Source: Schmidtea polychroa (Eukaryota). Taken from it: a stretch of 64,000 nucleotides of DNA. The stretch lies in NCBI GenBank assembly GCA_044892525.1, contig CM097887.1, positions 95,396,397 through 95,460,396 on the forward strand, read 5' to 3'. Position 1 is the stretch's first letter. Every line of letters begins with the position of its first letter. A program made the translations under genes and the position numbers. The notes below the pieces were generated by a model, which saw only the letters and a list, made by a program, of their open reading frames with translations, ran no database searches and was not told the origin of the DNA. Positions 29,501 to 45,800 of this stretch are shown piece by piece.

Positions 29501-32500
29501 TTGACTCAATAGTTATTGTCAATCGACCGAATAGTCCTTGGCTCTGATATTGTTTTGTCATCAGACTCGTGTTCTGGAATATGCATTTCGATTATTGGTT
29601 CGTGTTTATGTCATCATTAGTTTTCTTTCAAAATTAGAGCAAGAATAATAACGACACTCATCAGCAACCTAATATCTCATGAGCACTATCTAAAATAAAC
29701 TTTTGCAAAGTGCATAACCCTGTTAACTATATGAAATATATTTATACAAATAATTATATATTAAAATCCATCTCAGGGTGAGGAACATCTAAATTATTAA
29801 ATATATACAATAGAAATACAAGTATACATCAATATTTGCTGATGCTATTGCTTGCAGGCTTTAGTGAACTATTTACAAAATTCGAGAACTGATCTTTATC
29901 AATGTCTTCCAAAGTCTGAGTATTGTGATAATTCCACCGCCTGGCAGAATGTCTGATATTACTAATCGCACATTCTTTCAATAGAAATTTTAGCTCTTTA
30001 TTATTCATACTTACTTAAGAGATTATTTCAGAAGTTTTCAAAGGAAAGGACCCTAAAGCTCCAATATTACAAGTGTCAAGGTCGACTTTAAAGTCAGGGT
30101 TGACAGCCTGTATTGCATTATTTATAGAGTCATATTTCCTCAAATTATGTTTATCAACTTGTTTAAAGTTAGTGACAGAGTCGCTCGGAAATTTCATATA
30201 AACTAAAATGATTGTTTTTTTGGACAAGTCAGTGATCATTAAATCCATTCGTTCTCTTGGGTTTGGAACAAATAAACACATGTTATCTACGACGATAATA
30301 AGATGAGCTTTGATCTTCAGACGAAATGGAATTAGTTTAAGACAATTTTCATGCCTCTCAGAACTAAGAGTTTTCCGTACCTTACACGACTGAAGTACGT
30401 GTGACATTGTCTCATCTTCAGTGTGACATCGACGACAGAGTCTTTTTTCATCTTTTTTGTAAAGCTTTGCATTGATTGAAAGAGTGTTTGTGCGAGCACG
30501 GTGAATGAAGTTCTAAGAAAATTCAGACAGATCACCGTGAAAAATTGCTTTATTTATTAGAGGTGAAAGTTTGATTGCTGATGCAATGATGTTGGAAGTG
30601 CTACCGTTCTCTCATTTTGTAAGGTAAGAGTCACAAAGTGCTATGTGCAAGACCTTAGACGTTGTTTGACGATGATCAGATTTCAAGATACATGTGCCAC
30701 GCATTTCCGTTGTTATGTAGAGCGATGGCTCATGGTTTGTGATGATGAATGATATGTTGATCTTGTGCGTTCTTTCGAAAAATGCAACTGCACTCCCTAA
30801 CCCCTAACCTTAACCCAAATATTCTGAATAATAATATCAATTATTATTTAATGCTTGTTTAATGGTTTTTATCAATAGGTGAGAAAATACCATGAACCTT
30901 TATGTAAAAATCATTAACCGATTTTTATGAAAATTTCAATTCATAGCAAATAAAGTATACTGATTCGATCTGTATTAAAAATAACTGTTAAAAATTATTT
31001 TTTGAAATTATTAAAAAAAAATCGTCCATACTTGGATTTGAACCTCATACAAAACGTCAAAATCAAAAATCTAAGAGTGAACAAACCACTTAACCACGTC
31101 AGTAACTTTTATTAATAATAATAATAAATTTGACTTCTATTTGCATATGGAATATCATGCCATTCGGATAAAATACAGCAACAAAAGAGTCAGAATGAGG
31201 ATGTTTAAGCACAGATATGTTTTGAGATTATTTTGACTCAATAGTTATTGTCAATCGACCGAATAGTCCTTGGCTCTGATATTGTTTTGTCATCAGACTC
31301 GTGTTCTGGAATATGCATTTCGATTATTGGTTCGTGTTTATGTCATCATTAGTTTTCTTTCAAAATTAGAGCAAGAATAATAACGACACTCATCAGCAAC
31401 CTAATATCTCATGAGCACTATCTAAAATAAACTTTTGCAAAGTGCATAACCCTGTTAACTATATGAAATATATTTATACAAATAATTATATATTAAAATC
31501 CATCTCAGGGTGAGGAACATCTAAATTATTAAATATATACAATAGAAATACAAGTATACATCAATATTTGCTGATGCTATTGCTTGCAGGCTTTAGTGAA
31601 CTATTTACAAAATTCGAGAACTGATCTTTATCAATGTCTTCCAAAGTCTGAGTATTGTGATAATTCCACCGCCTGGCAGAATGTCTGATATTACTAATCG
31701 CACATTCTTTCAATAGAAATTTTAGCTCTTTATTATTCATACTTACTTAAGAGATTATTTCAGAAGTTTTCAAAGGAAAGGACCCTAAAGCTCCAATATT
31801 ACAAGTGTCAAGGTCGACTTTAAAGTCAGGGTTGACAGCCTGTATTGCATTATTTATAGAGTCATATTTCCTCAAATTATGTTTATCAACTTGTTTAAAG
31901 TTAGTGACAGAGTCGCTCGGAAATTTCATATAAACTAAAATGATTGTTTTTTTGGACAAGTCAGTGATCATTAAATCCATTCGTTCTCTTGGGTTTGGAA
32001 CAAATAAACACATGTTATCTACGACGATAATAAGATGAGCTTTGATCTTCAGACGAAATGGAATTAGTTTAAGACAATTTTCATGCCTCTCAGAACTAAG
32101 AGTTTTCCGTACCTTACACGACTGAAGTACGTGTGACATTGTCTCATCTTCAGTGTGACATCGACGACAGAGTCTTTTTTCATCTTTTTTGTAAAGCTTT
32201 GCATTGATTGAAAGAGTGTTTGTGCGAGCACGGTGAATGAAGTTCTAAGAAAATTCAGACAGATCACCGTGAAAAATTGCTTTATTTATTAGAGGTGAAA
32301 GTTTGATTGCTGATGCAATGATGTTGGAAGTGCTACCGTTCTCTCATTTTGTAAGGTAAGAGTCACAAAGTGCTATGTGCAAGACCTTAGACGTTGTTTG
32401 ACGATGATCAGATTTCAAGATACATGTGCCACGCATTTCCGTTGTTATGTAGAGCGATGGCTCATGGTTTGTGATGATGAATGATATGTTGATCTTGTGC

Positions 32501-33871
32501 GTTCTTTCGAAAAATGCAACTGCACTCCCTAACCCCTAACCTTAACCCAAATATTCTGAATAATAATATCAATTATTATTTAATGCTTGTTTAATGGTTT
32601 TTATCAATAGGTGAGAAAATACCATGAACCTTTATGTAAAAATCATTAACCGATTTTTATGAAAATTTCAATTTATAGCAAATAAAGTATACTGATTCGA
32701 TCTGTATTAAAAATAACTGTTAAAAATTATTTTTTGAAATTATTAAAAAAAAATCGTCCATACTTGGATTTGAACCTCATACAAAACGTCAAAATCAAAA
32801 ATCTAAGAGTGAACAAACCACTTAACCACGTCAGTAACTTTTATTAATAATAATAATAAATTTGACTTGTATTTGCATATGGAATATCATGCCATTCGGA
32901 TAAAATACAGCAACAAAAGAGTCAGAATGAGGATGTTTAAGCACAGATGTGTTTTGAGATTATTTTGACTCAATAGTTATTGTCAATCGACCGAATAGTC
33001 CTTGGCTCTGATATTGTTTTGTCATCAGACTCGTGTTCTGGAATATGCATTTCGATTATTGGTTCGTGTTTATGTCATCATTAGTTTTCTTTCAAAATTA
33101 GAGCAAGAATAATAACGACACTCATCAGCAACCTAATATCTCATGAGCACTATCTAAAATAAACTTTTGCAAAGTGCATAACCCTGTTAACTATATGAAA
33201 TATATTTATACAAATAATTATATATTAAAATCCATCTCAGGGTGAGGAACATCTAAATTATTAAATATATACAATAGAAATACAAGTATACATCAATATT
33301 TGCTGATGCTATTGCTTGCAGGCTTTAGTGAACTATTTACAAAATTCGAGAACTGATCTTTATCAATGTCTTCCAAAGTCTGAGTATTGTGATAATTCCA
33401 CCGCCTGGCAGAATGTCTGATATTACTAATCGCACATTCTTTCAATAGAAATTTTAGCTCTTTATTATTCATACTTACTTAAGAGATTATTTCAGAAGTT
33501 TTCAAAGGAAAGGACCCTAAAGCTCCAATATTACAAGTGTCAAGGTCGACTTTAAAGTCAGGGTTGACAGCCTGTATTGCATTATTTATAGAGTCATATT
33601 TCCTCAAATTATGTTTATCAACTTGTTTAAAGTTAGTGACAGAGTCGCTCGGAAATTTCATATAAACTAAAATGATTGTTTTTTTGGACAAGTCAGTGAT
33701 CATTAAATCCATTCGTTCTCTTGGGTTTGGAACAAATAAACACATGTTATCTACGACGATAATAAGATGAGCTTTGATCTTCAGACGAAATGGAATTAGT
33801 TTAAGACAATTTTCATGCCTCTCAGAACTAAGAGTTTTCCGTACCTTACACGACTGAAGTACGTGTGACAT
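26551..33871 (-). pseudogene. Five consecutive units (16-20) whose RLE ORF is truncated to 130 aa
   Basis: Plus-strand CTTTAGAG to CTTAAGAG changes an AAA (Lys) codon to TAA. The ORF track shows 130-aa versions at 26551, 28283, 30015, 31747 and 33479. Confidence 0.9.
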
Positions 33872-36800
33872 TGTCTCATCTTCAGTGTGACATCGACGAC
33901 AGAGTCTTTTTTCATCTTTTTTGTAAAGCTTTGCATTGATTGAAAGAGTGTTTGTGCGAGCACGGTGAATGAAGTTCTAAGAAAATTAAGACAGATCACC
34001 GTGAAAAATTGCTTTATTTATTAGAGGTGAAAGTTTGATTGCTGATGCAATGATGTTGGAAGTGCTACCGTTCTCTCATTTTGTAAGGTAAGAGTCACAA
34101 AGTGCTATGTGCAAGACCTTAGACGTTGTTTGACGATGATCAGATTTCAAGATACATGTGCCACGCATTTCCGTTGTTATGTAGAGCGATGGCTCATGGT
34201 TTGTGATGATGAATGATATGTTGATCTTGTGCGTTCTTTCGAAAAATGCAACTGCACTCCCTAACCCCTAACCTTAACCCAAATATTCTGAATAATAATA
34301 TCAATTATTATTTAATGCTTGTTTAATGGTTTTTATCAATAGGTGAGAAAATACCATGAACCTTTATGTAAAAATCATTAACCGATTTTTATGAAAATTT
34401 CAATTTATAGCAAATAAAGTATACTGATTCGATCTGTATTAAAAATAACTGTTAAAAATTATTTTTTGAAATTATTAAAAAAAAATCGTCCATACTTGGA
34501 TTTGAACCTCATACAAAACGTCAAAATCAAAAATCTAAGAGTGAACAAACCACTTAACCACGTCAGTAACTTTTATTAATAATAATAATAAATTTGACTT
34601 GTATTTGCATATGGAATATCATGCCATTCGGATAAAATACAGCAACAAAAGAGTCAGAATGAGGATGTTTAAGCACAGATGTGTTTTGAGATTATTTTGA
34701 CTCAATAGTTATTGTCAATCGACCGAATAGTCCTTGGCTCTGATATTGTTTTGTCATCAGACTCGTGTTCTGGAATATGCATTTCGATTATTGGTTCGTG
34801 TTTATGTCATCATTAGTTTTCTTTCAAAATTAGAGCAAGAATAATAACGACACTCATCAGCAACCTAATATCTCATGAGCACTATCTAAAATAAACTTTT
34901 GCAAAGTGCATAACCCTGTTAACTATATGAAATATATTTATACAAATAATTATATATTAAAATCCATCTCAGGGTGAGGAACATCTAAATTATTAAATAT
35001 ATACAATAGAAATACAAGTATACATCAATATTTGCTGATGCTATTGCTTGCAGGCTTTAGTGAACTATTTACAAAATTCGAGAACTGATCTTTATCAATG
35101 TCTTCCAAAGTCTGAGTATTGTGATAATTCCACCGCCTGGCAGAATGTCTGATATTACTAATCGCACATTCTTTCAATAGAAATTTTAGCTCTTTATTAT
35201 TCATACTTACTTTAGAGATTATTTCAGAAGTTTTCAAAGGAAAGGACCCTAAAGCTCCAATATTACAAGTGTCAAGGTCGACTTTAAAGTCAGGGTTGAC
35301 AGCCTGTATTGCATTATTTATAGAGTCATATTTCCTCAAATTATGTTTATCAACTTGTTTAAAGTTAGTGACAGAGTCGCTCGGAAATTTCATATAAACT
35401 AAAATGATTGTTTTTTTGGACAAGTCAGTGATCATTAAATCCATTCGTTCTCTTGGGTTTGGAACAAATAAACACATGTTATCTACGACGATAATAAGAT
35501 GAGCTTTGATCTTCAGACGAAATGGAATTAGTTTAAGACAATTTTCATGCCTCTCAGAACTAAGAGTTTTCCGTACCTTACACGACTGAAGTACGTGTGA
35601 CATTGTCTCATCTTCAGTGTGACATCGACGACAGAGTCTTTTTTCATCTTTTTTGTAAAGCTTTGCATTGATTGAAAGAGTGTTTGTGCGAGCACGGTGA
35701 ATGAAGTTCTAAGAAAATTAAGACAGATCACCGTGAAAAATTGCTTTATTTATTAGAGGTGAAAGTTTGATTGCTGATGCAATGATGTTGGAAGTGCTAC
35801 CGTTCTCTCATTTTGTAAGGTAAGAGTCACAAAGTGCTATGTGCAAGACCTTAGACGTTGTTTGACGATGATCAGATTTCAAGATACATGTGCCACGCAT
35901 TGCCGTTGTTATGTAGAGCGATGGCTCATGGTTTGTGATGATGAATGATATGTTGATCTTGTGCGTTCTTTCGAAAAATGCAACTGCACTCCCTAACCCC
36001 TAACCTTAACCCAAATATTCTGAATAATAATATCAATTATTATTTAATGCTTGTTTAATGGTTTTTTATCAATAGGTGAGAAAATACCATGAACCTTTAT
36101 GTAAAAATCATTAACCGATTTTTATGAAAATTTCAATTTATAGCAAATAAAGTATACTGATTCGATCTGTATTAAAAATAACTGTTAAAAATTATTTTTT
36201 GAAATTATTAAAAAAAATCGTCCATATTTGGATTTGAACCTCATACAAAACGTCAAAATCAAAAATCTAAGAGTGAACAAACCACTTAACCACGTCAGTA
36301 ACTTTTATTAATAATAATAATAAATTTGACTTGTATTTGCATATGGAATATCATGCCATTCGGATAAAATACAGCAACAAAAGAGTCAGAATGAGGATGT
36401 TTAAGCACAGATGTGTTTTGAGATTATTTTGACTCAATAGTTATTGTCAATCGACCGAATAGTCCTTGGCTCTGATATTGTTTTGTCATCAGACTCGTGT
36501 TCTGGAATATGCATTTCGATTATTGGTTCGTGTTTATGTCATCATTAGTTTTCTTTCAAAATTAGAGCAAGAATAATAACGACACTCATCAGCAACCTAA
36601 TATCTCATGAGCACTATCTAAAATAAACTTTTGCAAAGTGCATAACCCTGTTAACTATATGAAATATATTTATACAAATAATTATATATTAAAATCCATC
36701 TCAGGGTGAGGAACATCTAAATTATTAAATATATACAATAGAAATACAAGTATACATCAATATTTGCTGATGCTATTGCTTGCAGGCTTTAGTGAACTAT

Positions 36801-39800
36801 TTAGAAAATTCGAGAACTGATCTTTATCAATGTCTTCCAAAGTCTGAGTATTGTGATAATTCCACCGCCTGGCAGAATGTCTGATATTACTAATCGCACA
36901 TTCTTTCAATAGAAATTTTAGCTCTTTATTATTCATACTTACTTTAGAGATTATTTCAGAAGTTTTCAAAGGAAAGGACCCTAAAGCTCCAATATTACAA
37001 GTGTCAAGGTCGACTTTAAAGTCAGGGTTGACAGCCTGTATTGCATTATTTATAGAGTCATATTTCCTCAAATTATGTTTATCAACTTGTTTAAAGTTAG
37101 TGACAGAGTCGCTCGGAAATTTCATATAAACTAAAATGATTGTTTTTTTGGACAAGTCAGTGATCATTAAATCCATTCGTTCTCTTGGGTTTGGAACAAA
37201 TAAACACATGTTATCTACGACGATAATAAGATGAGCTTTGATCTTCAGACGAAATGGAATTAGTTTAAGACAATTTTCATGCCTCTCAGAACTAAGAGTT
37301 TTCCGTACCTTACACGACTGAAGTACGTGTGACATTGTCTCATCTTCAGTGTGACATCGACGACAGAGTCTTTTTTCATCTTTTTTGTAAAGCTTTGCAT
37401 TGATTGAAAGAGTGTTTGTGCGAGCACGGTGAATGAAGTTCTAAGAAAATTAAGACAGATCACCGTGAAAAATTGCTTTATTTATTAGAGGTGAAAGTTT
37501 GATTGCTGATGCAATGATGTTGGAAGTGCTACCGTTCTCTCATTTTGTAAGGTAAGAGTCACAAAGTGCTATGTGCAAGACCTTAGACGTTGTTTGACGA
37601 TGATCAGATTTCAAGATACATGTGCCACGCATTTCCGTTGTTATGTAGAGCGATGGCTCATGGTTTGTGATGATGAATGATATGTTGATCTTGTGCGTTC
37701 TTTCGAAAAATGCAACTGCACTCCCTAACCCCTAACCTTAACCCAAATATTCTGAATAATAATATCAATTATTATTTAATGCTTGTTTAATGGTTTTTAT
37801 CAATAGGTGAGAAAATACCATGAACCTTTATGTAAAAATCATTAACCGATTTTTATGAAAATTTCAATTCATAGCAAATAAAGTATACTGATTTTATCTG
37901 TATTAAAAATAACTGTTAAAAATTATTTTTTGAAATTATTAAAAAAAAATCGTCCATACTTGGATTTGAACCTCATACAAAACGTCAAAATCAAAAATCT
38001 AAGAGTGAACAAACCACTTAACCACGTCAGTAACTTTTATTAATAATAATAATAAATTTGACTTCTATTTGCATATGGAATATCATGCCATTCGGATAAA
38101 ATACAGCAACAAAAGAGTCAGAATGAGGATGTTTAAGCACAGATATGTTTTGAGATTATTTTGACTCAATAGTTATTGTCAATCGACCGAATAGTCCTTG
38201 GCTCTGATATTGTTTTGTCATCAGACTCGTGTTCTGGAATATGCATTTCGATTATTGGTTCGTGTTTATGTCATCATTAGTTTTCTTTCAAAATTAGAGC
38301 AAGAATAATAACGACACTCATCAGCAACCTAATATCTCATGAGCACTATCTAAAATAAACTTTTGCAAAGTGCATAACCCTCTTAACTATATGAAATATA
38401 TTTATACAAATAATTATATATTAAAATCCATCTCAGGGTGAGGAACATCTAAATTATTAAATATATACAATAGAAATACAAGTATACATCAATATTTGCT
38501 GATGCTATTGCTTGCAGGCTTTAGTGAACTATTTAGAAAATTCGAGAACTGATCTTTATCAATGTCTTCCAAAGTCTGAGTATTGTGATAATTCCACCGC
38601 CTGGCAGAATGTCTGATATTACTAATCGCACATTCTTTCAATAGAAATTTTAGCTCTTTATTATTCATACTTACTTTAGAGATTATTTCAGAAGTTTTCA
38701 AAGGAAAGGACCCTAAAGCTCCAATATTACAAGTGTCAAGGTCGACTTTAAAGTCAGGGTTGACAGCCTGTATTGCATTATTTATAGAGTCATATTTCCT
38801 CAAATTATGTTTATCAACTTGTTTAAAGTTAGTGACAGAGTCGCTCGGAAATTTCATATAAACTAAAATGATTGTTTTTTTGGACAAGTCAGTGATCATT
38901 AAATCCATTCGTTCTCTTGGGTTTGGAACAAATAAACACATGTTATCTACGACGATAATAAGATGAGCTTTGATCTTCAGACGAAATGGAATTAGTTTAA
39001 GACAATTTTCATGCCTCTCAGAACTAAGAGTTTTCCGTACCTTACACGACTGAAGTACGTGTGACATTGTCTCATCTTCAGTGTGACATCGACGACAGAG
39101 TCTTTTTTCATCTTTTTTGTAAAGCTTTGCATTGATTGAAAGAGTGTTTGTGCGAGCACGGTGAATGAAGTTCTAAGAAAATTCAGACAGATCACCGTGA
39201 AAAATTGCTTTATTTATTAGAGGTGAAAGTTTGATTGCTGATGCAATGATGTTGGAAGTGCTACCGTTCTCTCATTTTGTAAGGTAAGAGTCACAAAGTG
39301 CTATGTGCAAGACCTTAGACGTTGTTTGACGATGATCAGATTTCAAGATACATGTGCCACGCATTTCCGTTGTTATGTAGAGCGATGGCTCATGGTTTGT
39401 GATGATGAATGATATGTTGATCTTGTGCGTTCTTTCGAAAAATGCAACTGCACTCCCTAACCCCTAACCTTAACCCAAATATTCTGAATAATAATATCAA
39501 TTATTATTTAATGCTTGTTTAATAGTTTTTATCAATAGGTGAGAAAATACCATGAACCTTTATGTAAAAATCATTAACCGATTTTTATGAAAATTTCAAT
39601 TTATAGCAAATAAAGTATACTGATTCGATCTGTATTAAAAATAACTGTTAAAAATTATTTTTTGAAATTATTAAAAAAAAATCGTCCATACTTGGATTTG
39701 AACCTCATACAAAACGTCAAAATCAAAAATCTAAGAGTGAACAAACCACTTAACCACGTCAGTAACTTTTATTAATAATAATAATAAATTTGACTTGTAT

Positions 39801-42800
39801 TTGCATATGGAATATCATGCCATTCGGATAAAATACAGCAACAAAAGAGTCAGAATGAGGATGTTTAAGCACAGATGTGTTTTGAGATTATTTTGACTCA
39901 ATAGTTATTGTCAATCGACCGAATAGTCCTTGGCTCTGATATTGTTTTGTCATCAGACTCGTGTTCTGGAATATGCATTTCGATTATTGGTTCGTGTTTA
40001 TGTCATCATTAGTTTTCTTTCAAAATTAGAGCAAGAATAATAACGACACTCATCAGCAACCTAATATCTCATGAGCACTATCTAAAATAAACTTTTGCAA
40101 AGTGCATAACCCTGTTAACTATATGAAATATATTTATACAAATAATTATATATTAAAATCCATCTCAGGGTGAGGAACATCTAAATTATTAAATATATAC
40201 AATAGAAATACAAGTATACATCAATATTTGCTGATGCTATTGCTTGCAGGCTTTAGTGAACTATTTACAAAATTCGAGAACTGATCTTTATCAATGTCTT
40301 CCAAAGTCTGAGTATTGTGATAATTCCACCGCCTGGCAGAATGTCTGATATTACTAATCGCACATTCTTTCAATAGAAATTTTAGCTCTTTATTATTCAT
40401 ACTTACTTTAGAGATTATTTCAGAAGTTTTCAAAGGAAAGGACCCTAAAGCTCCAATATTACAAGTGTCAAGGTCGACTTTAAAGTCAGGGTTGACAGCC
40501 TGTATTGCATTATTTATAGAGTCATATTTCCTCAAATTATGTTTATCAACTTGTTTAAAGTTAGTGACAGAGTCGCTCGGAAATTTCATATAAACTAAAA
40601 TGATTGTTTTTTTGGACAAGTCAGTGATCATTAAATCCATTCGTTCTCTTGGGTTTGGAACAAATAAACACATGTTATCTACGACGATAATAAGATGAGC
40701 TTTGATCTTCAGACGAAATGGAATTAGTTTAAGACAATTTTCATGCCTCTCAGAACTAAGAGTTTTCCGTACCTTACACGACTGAAGTACGTGTGACATT
40801 GTCTCATCTTCAGTGTGACATCGACGACAGAGTCTTTTTTCATCTTTTTTGTAAAGCTTTGCATTGATTGAAAGAGTGTTTGTGCGAGCACGGTGAATGA
40901 AGTTCTAAGAAAATTAAGACAGATCACCGTGAAAAATTGCTTTATTTATTAGAGGTGAAAGTTTGATTGCTGATGCAATGATGTTGGAAGTGCTACCGTT
41001 CTCTCATTTTGTAAGGTAAGAGTCACAAAGTGCTATGTGCAAGACCTTAGACGTTGTTTGACGATGATCAGATTTCAAGATACATGTGCCACGCATTGCC
41101 GTTGTTATGTAGAGCGATGGCTCATGGTTTGTGATGATGAATGATATGTTGATCTTGTGCGTTCTTTCGAAAAATGCAACTGCACTCCCTAACCCCTAAC
41201 CTTAACCCAAATATTCTGAATAATAATATCAATTATTATTTAATGCTTGTTTAATGGTTTTTTATCAATAGGTGAGAAAATACCATGAACCTTTATGTAA
41301 AAATCATTAACCGATTTTTATGAAAATTTCAATTTATAGCAAATAAAGTATACTGATTCGATCTGTATTAAAAATAACTGTTAAAAATTATTTTTTGAAA
41401 TTATTAAAAAAAATCGTCCATATTTGGATTTGAACCTCATACAAAACGTCAAAATCAAAAATCTAAGAGTGAACAAACCACTTAACCACGTCAGTAACTT
41501 TTATTAATAATAATAATAAATTTGACTTGTATTTGCATATGGAATATCATGCCATTCGGATAAAATACAGCAACAAAAGAGTCAGAATGAGGATGTTTAA
41601 GCACAGATGTGTTTTGAGATTATTTTGACTCAATAGTTATTGTCAATCGACCGAATAGTCCTTGGCTCTGATATTGTTTTGTCATCAGACTCGTGTTCTG
41701 GAATATGCATTTCGATTATTGGTTCGTGTTTATGTCATCATTAGTTTTCTTTCAAAATTAGAGCAAGAATAATAACGACACTCATCAGCAACCTAATATC
41801 TCATGAGCACTATCTAAAATAAACTTTTGCAAAGTGCATAACCCTGTTAACTATATGAAATATATTTATACAAATAATTATATATTAAAATCCATCTCAG
41901 GGTGAGGAACATCTAAATTATTAAATATATACAATAGAAATACAAGTATACATCAATATTTGCTGATGCTATTGCTTGCAGGCTTTAGTGAACTATTTAG
42001 AAAATTCGAGAACTGATCTTTATCAATGTCTTCCAAAGTCTGAGTATTGTGATAATTCCACCGCCTGGCAGAATGTCTGATATTACTAATCGCACATTCT
42101 TTCAATAGAAATTTTAGCTCTTTATTATTCATACTTACTTTAGAGATTATTTCAGAAGTTTTCAAAGGAAAGGACCCTAAAGCTCCAATATTACAAGTGT
42201 CAAGGTCGACTTTAAAGTCAGGGTTGACAGCCTGTATTGCATTATTTATAGAGTCATATTTCCTCAAATTATGTTTATCAACTTGTTTAAAGTTAGTGAC
42301 AGAGTCGCTCGGAAATTTCATATAAACTAAAATGATTGTTTTTTTGGACAAGTCAGTGATCATTAAATCCATTCGTTCTCTTGGGTTTGGAACAAATAAA
42401 CACATGTTATCTACGACGATAATAAGATGAGCTTTGATCTTCAGACGAAATGGAATTAGTTTAAGACAATTTTCATGCCTCTCAGAACTAAGAGTTTTCC
42501 GTACCTTACACGACTGAAGTACGTGTGACATTGTCTCATCTTCAGTGTGACATCGACGACAGAGTCTTTTTTCATCTTTTTTGTAAAGCTTTGCATTGAT
42601 TGAAAGAGTGTTTGTGCGAGCACGGTGAATGAAGTTCTAAGAAAATTAAGACAGATCACCGTGAAAAATTGCTTTATTTATTAGAGGTGAAAGTTTGATT
42701 GCTGATGCAATGATGTTGGAAGTGCTACCGTTCTCTCATTTTGTAAGGTAAGAGTCACAAAGTGCTATGTGCAAGACCTTAGACGTTGTTTGACGATGAT

Positions 42801-45800
42801 CAGATTTCAAGATACATGTGCCACGCATTGCCGTTGTTATGTAGAGCGATGGCTCATGGTTTGTGATGATGAATGATATGTTGATCTTGTGCGTTCTTTC
42901 GAAAAATGCAACTGCACTCCCTAACCCCTAACCTTAACCCAAATATTCTGAATAATAATATCAATTATTATTTAATGCTTGTTTAATGGTTTTTTATCAA
43001 TAGGTGAGAAAATACCATGAACCTTTATGTAAAAATCATTAACCGATTTTTATGAAAATTTCAATTTATAGCAAATAAAGTATACTGATTCGATCTGTAT
43101 TAAAAATAACTGTTAAAAATTATTTTTTGAAATTATTAAAAAAAATCGTCCATATTTGGATTTGAACCTCATACAAAACGTCAAAATCAAAAATCTAAGA
43201 GTGAACAAACCACTTAACCACGTCAGTAACTTTTATTAATAATAATAATAAATTTGACTTGTATTTGCATATGGAATATCATGCCATTCGGATAAAATAC
43301 AGCAACAAAAGAGTCAGAATGAGGATGTTTAAGCACAGATGTGTTTTGAGATTATTTTGACTCAATAGTTATTGTCAATCGACCGAATAGTCCTTGGCTC
43401 TGATATTGTTTTGTCATCAGACTCGTGTTCTGGAATATGCATTTCGATTATTGGTTCGTGTTTATGTCATCATTAGTTTTCTTTCAAAATTAGAGCAAGA
43501 ATAATAACGACACTCATCAGCAACCTAATATCTCATGAGCACTATCTAAAATAAACTTTTGCAAAGTGCATAACCCTGTTAACTATATGAAATATATTTA
43601 TACAAATAATTATATATTAAAATCCATCTCAGGGTGAGGAACATCTAAATTATTAAATATATACAATAGAAATACAAGTATACATCAATATTTGCTGATG
43701 CTATTGCTTGCAGGCTTTAGTGAACTATTTAGAAAATTCGAGAACTGATCTTTATCAATGTCTTCCAAAGTCTGAGTATTGTGATAATTCCACCGCCTGG
43801 CAGAATGTCTGATATTACTAATCGCACATTCTTTCAATAGAAATTTTAGCTCTTTATTATTCATACTTACTTTAGAGATTATTTCAGAAGTTTTCAAAGG
43901 AAAGGACCCTAAAGCTCCAATATTACAAGTGTCAAGGTCGACTTTAAAGTCAGGGTTGACAGCCTGTATTGCATTATTTATAGAGTCATATTTCCTCAAA
44001 TTATGTTTATCAACTTGTTTAAAGTTAGTGACAGAGTCGCTCGGAAATTTCATATAAACTAAAATGATTGTTTTTTTGGACAAGTCAGTGATCATTAAAT
44101 CCATTCGTTCTCTTGGGTTTGGAACAAATAAACACATGTTATCTACGACGATAATAAGATGAGCTTTGATCTTCAGACGAAATGGAATTAGTTTAAGACA
44201 ATTTTCATGCCTCTCAGAACTAAGAGTTTTCCGTACCTTACACGACTGAAGTACGTGTGACATTGTCTCATCTTCAGTGTGACATCGACGACAGAGTCTT
44301 TTTTCATCTTTTTTGTAAAGCTTTGCATTGATTGAAAGAGTGTTTGTGCGAGCACGGTGAATGAAGTTCTAAGAAAATTAAGACAGATCACCGTGAAAAA
44401 TTGCTTTATTTATTAGAGGTGAAAGTTTGATTGCTGATGCAATGATGTTGGAAGTGCTACCGTTCTCTCATTTTGTAAGGTAAGAGTCACAAAGTGCTAT
44501 GTGCAAGACCTTAGACGTTGTTTGACGATGATCAGATTTCAAGATACATGTGCCACGCATTGCCGTTGTTATGTAGAGCGATGGCTCATGGTTTGTGATG
44601 ATGAATGATATGTTGATCTTGTGCGTTCTTTCGAAAAATGCAACTGCACTCCCTAACCCCTAACCTTAACCCAAATATTCTGAATAATAATATCAATTAT
44701 TATTTAATGCTTGTTTAATGGTTTTTTATCAATAGGTGAGAAAATACCATGAACCTTTATGTAAAAATCATTAACCGATTTTTATGAAAATTTCAATTTA
44801 TAGCAAATAAAGTATACTGATTCGATCTGTATTAAAAATAACTGTTAAAAATTATTTTTTGAAATTATTAAAAAAAATCGTCCATATTTGGATTTGAACC
44901 TCATACAAAACGTCAAAATCAAAAATCTAAGAGTGAACAAACCACTTAACCACGTCAGTAACTTTTATTAATAATAATAATAAATTTGACTTGTATTTGC
45001 ATATGGAATATCATGCCATTCGGATAAAATACAGCAACAAAAGAGTCAGAATGAGGATGTTTAAGCACAGATGTGTTTTGAGATTATTTTGACTCAATAG
45101 TTATTGTCAATCGACCGAATAGTCCTTGGCTCTGATATTGTTTTGTCATCAGACTCGTGTTCTGGAATATGCATTTCGATTATTGGTTCGTGTTTATGTC
45201 ATCATTAGTTTTCTTTCAAAATTAGAGCAAGAATAATAACGACACTCATCAGCAACCTAATATCTCATGAGCACTATCTAAAATAAACTTTTGCAAAGTG
45301 CATAACCCTGTTAACTATATGAAATATATTTATACAAATAATTATATATTAAAATCCATCTCAGGGTGAGGAACATCTAAATTATTAAATATATACAATA
45401 GAAATACAAGTATACATCAATATTTGCTGATGCTATTGCTTGCAGGCTTTAGTGAACTATTTAGAAAATTCGAGAACTGATCTTTATCAATGTCTTCCAA
45501 AGTCTGAGTATTGTGATAATTCCACCGCCTGGCAGAATGTCTGATATTACTAATCGCACATTCTTTCAATAGAAATTTTAGCTCTTTATTATTCATACTT
45601 ACTTTAGAGATTATTTCAGAAGTTTTCAAAGGAAAGGACCCTAAAGCTCCAATATTACAAGTGTCAAGGTCGACTTTAAAGTCAGGGTTGACAGCCTGTA
45701 TTGCATTATTTATAGAGTCATATTTCCTCAAATTATGTTTATCAACTTGTTTAAAGTTAGTGACAGAGTCGCTCGGAAATTTCATATAAACTAAAATGAT

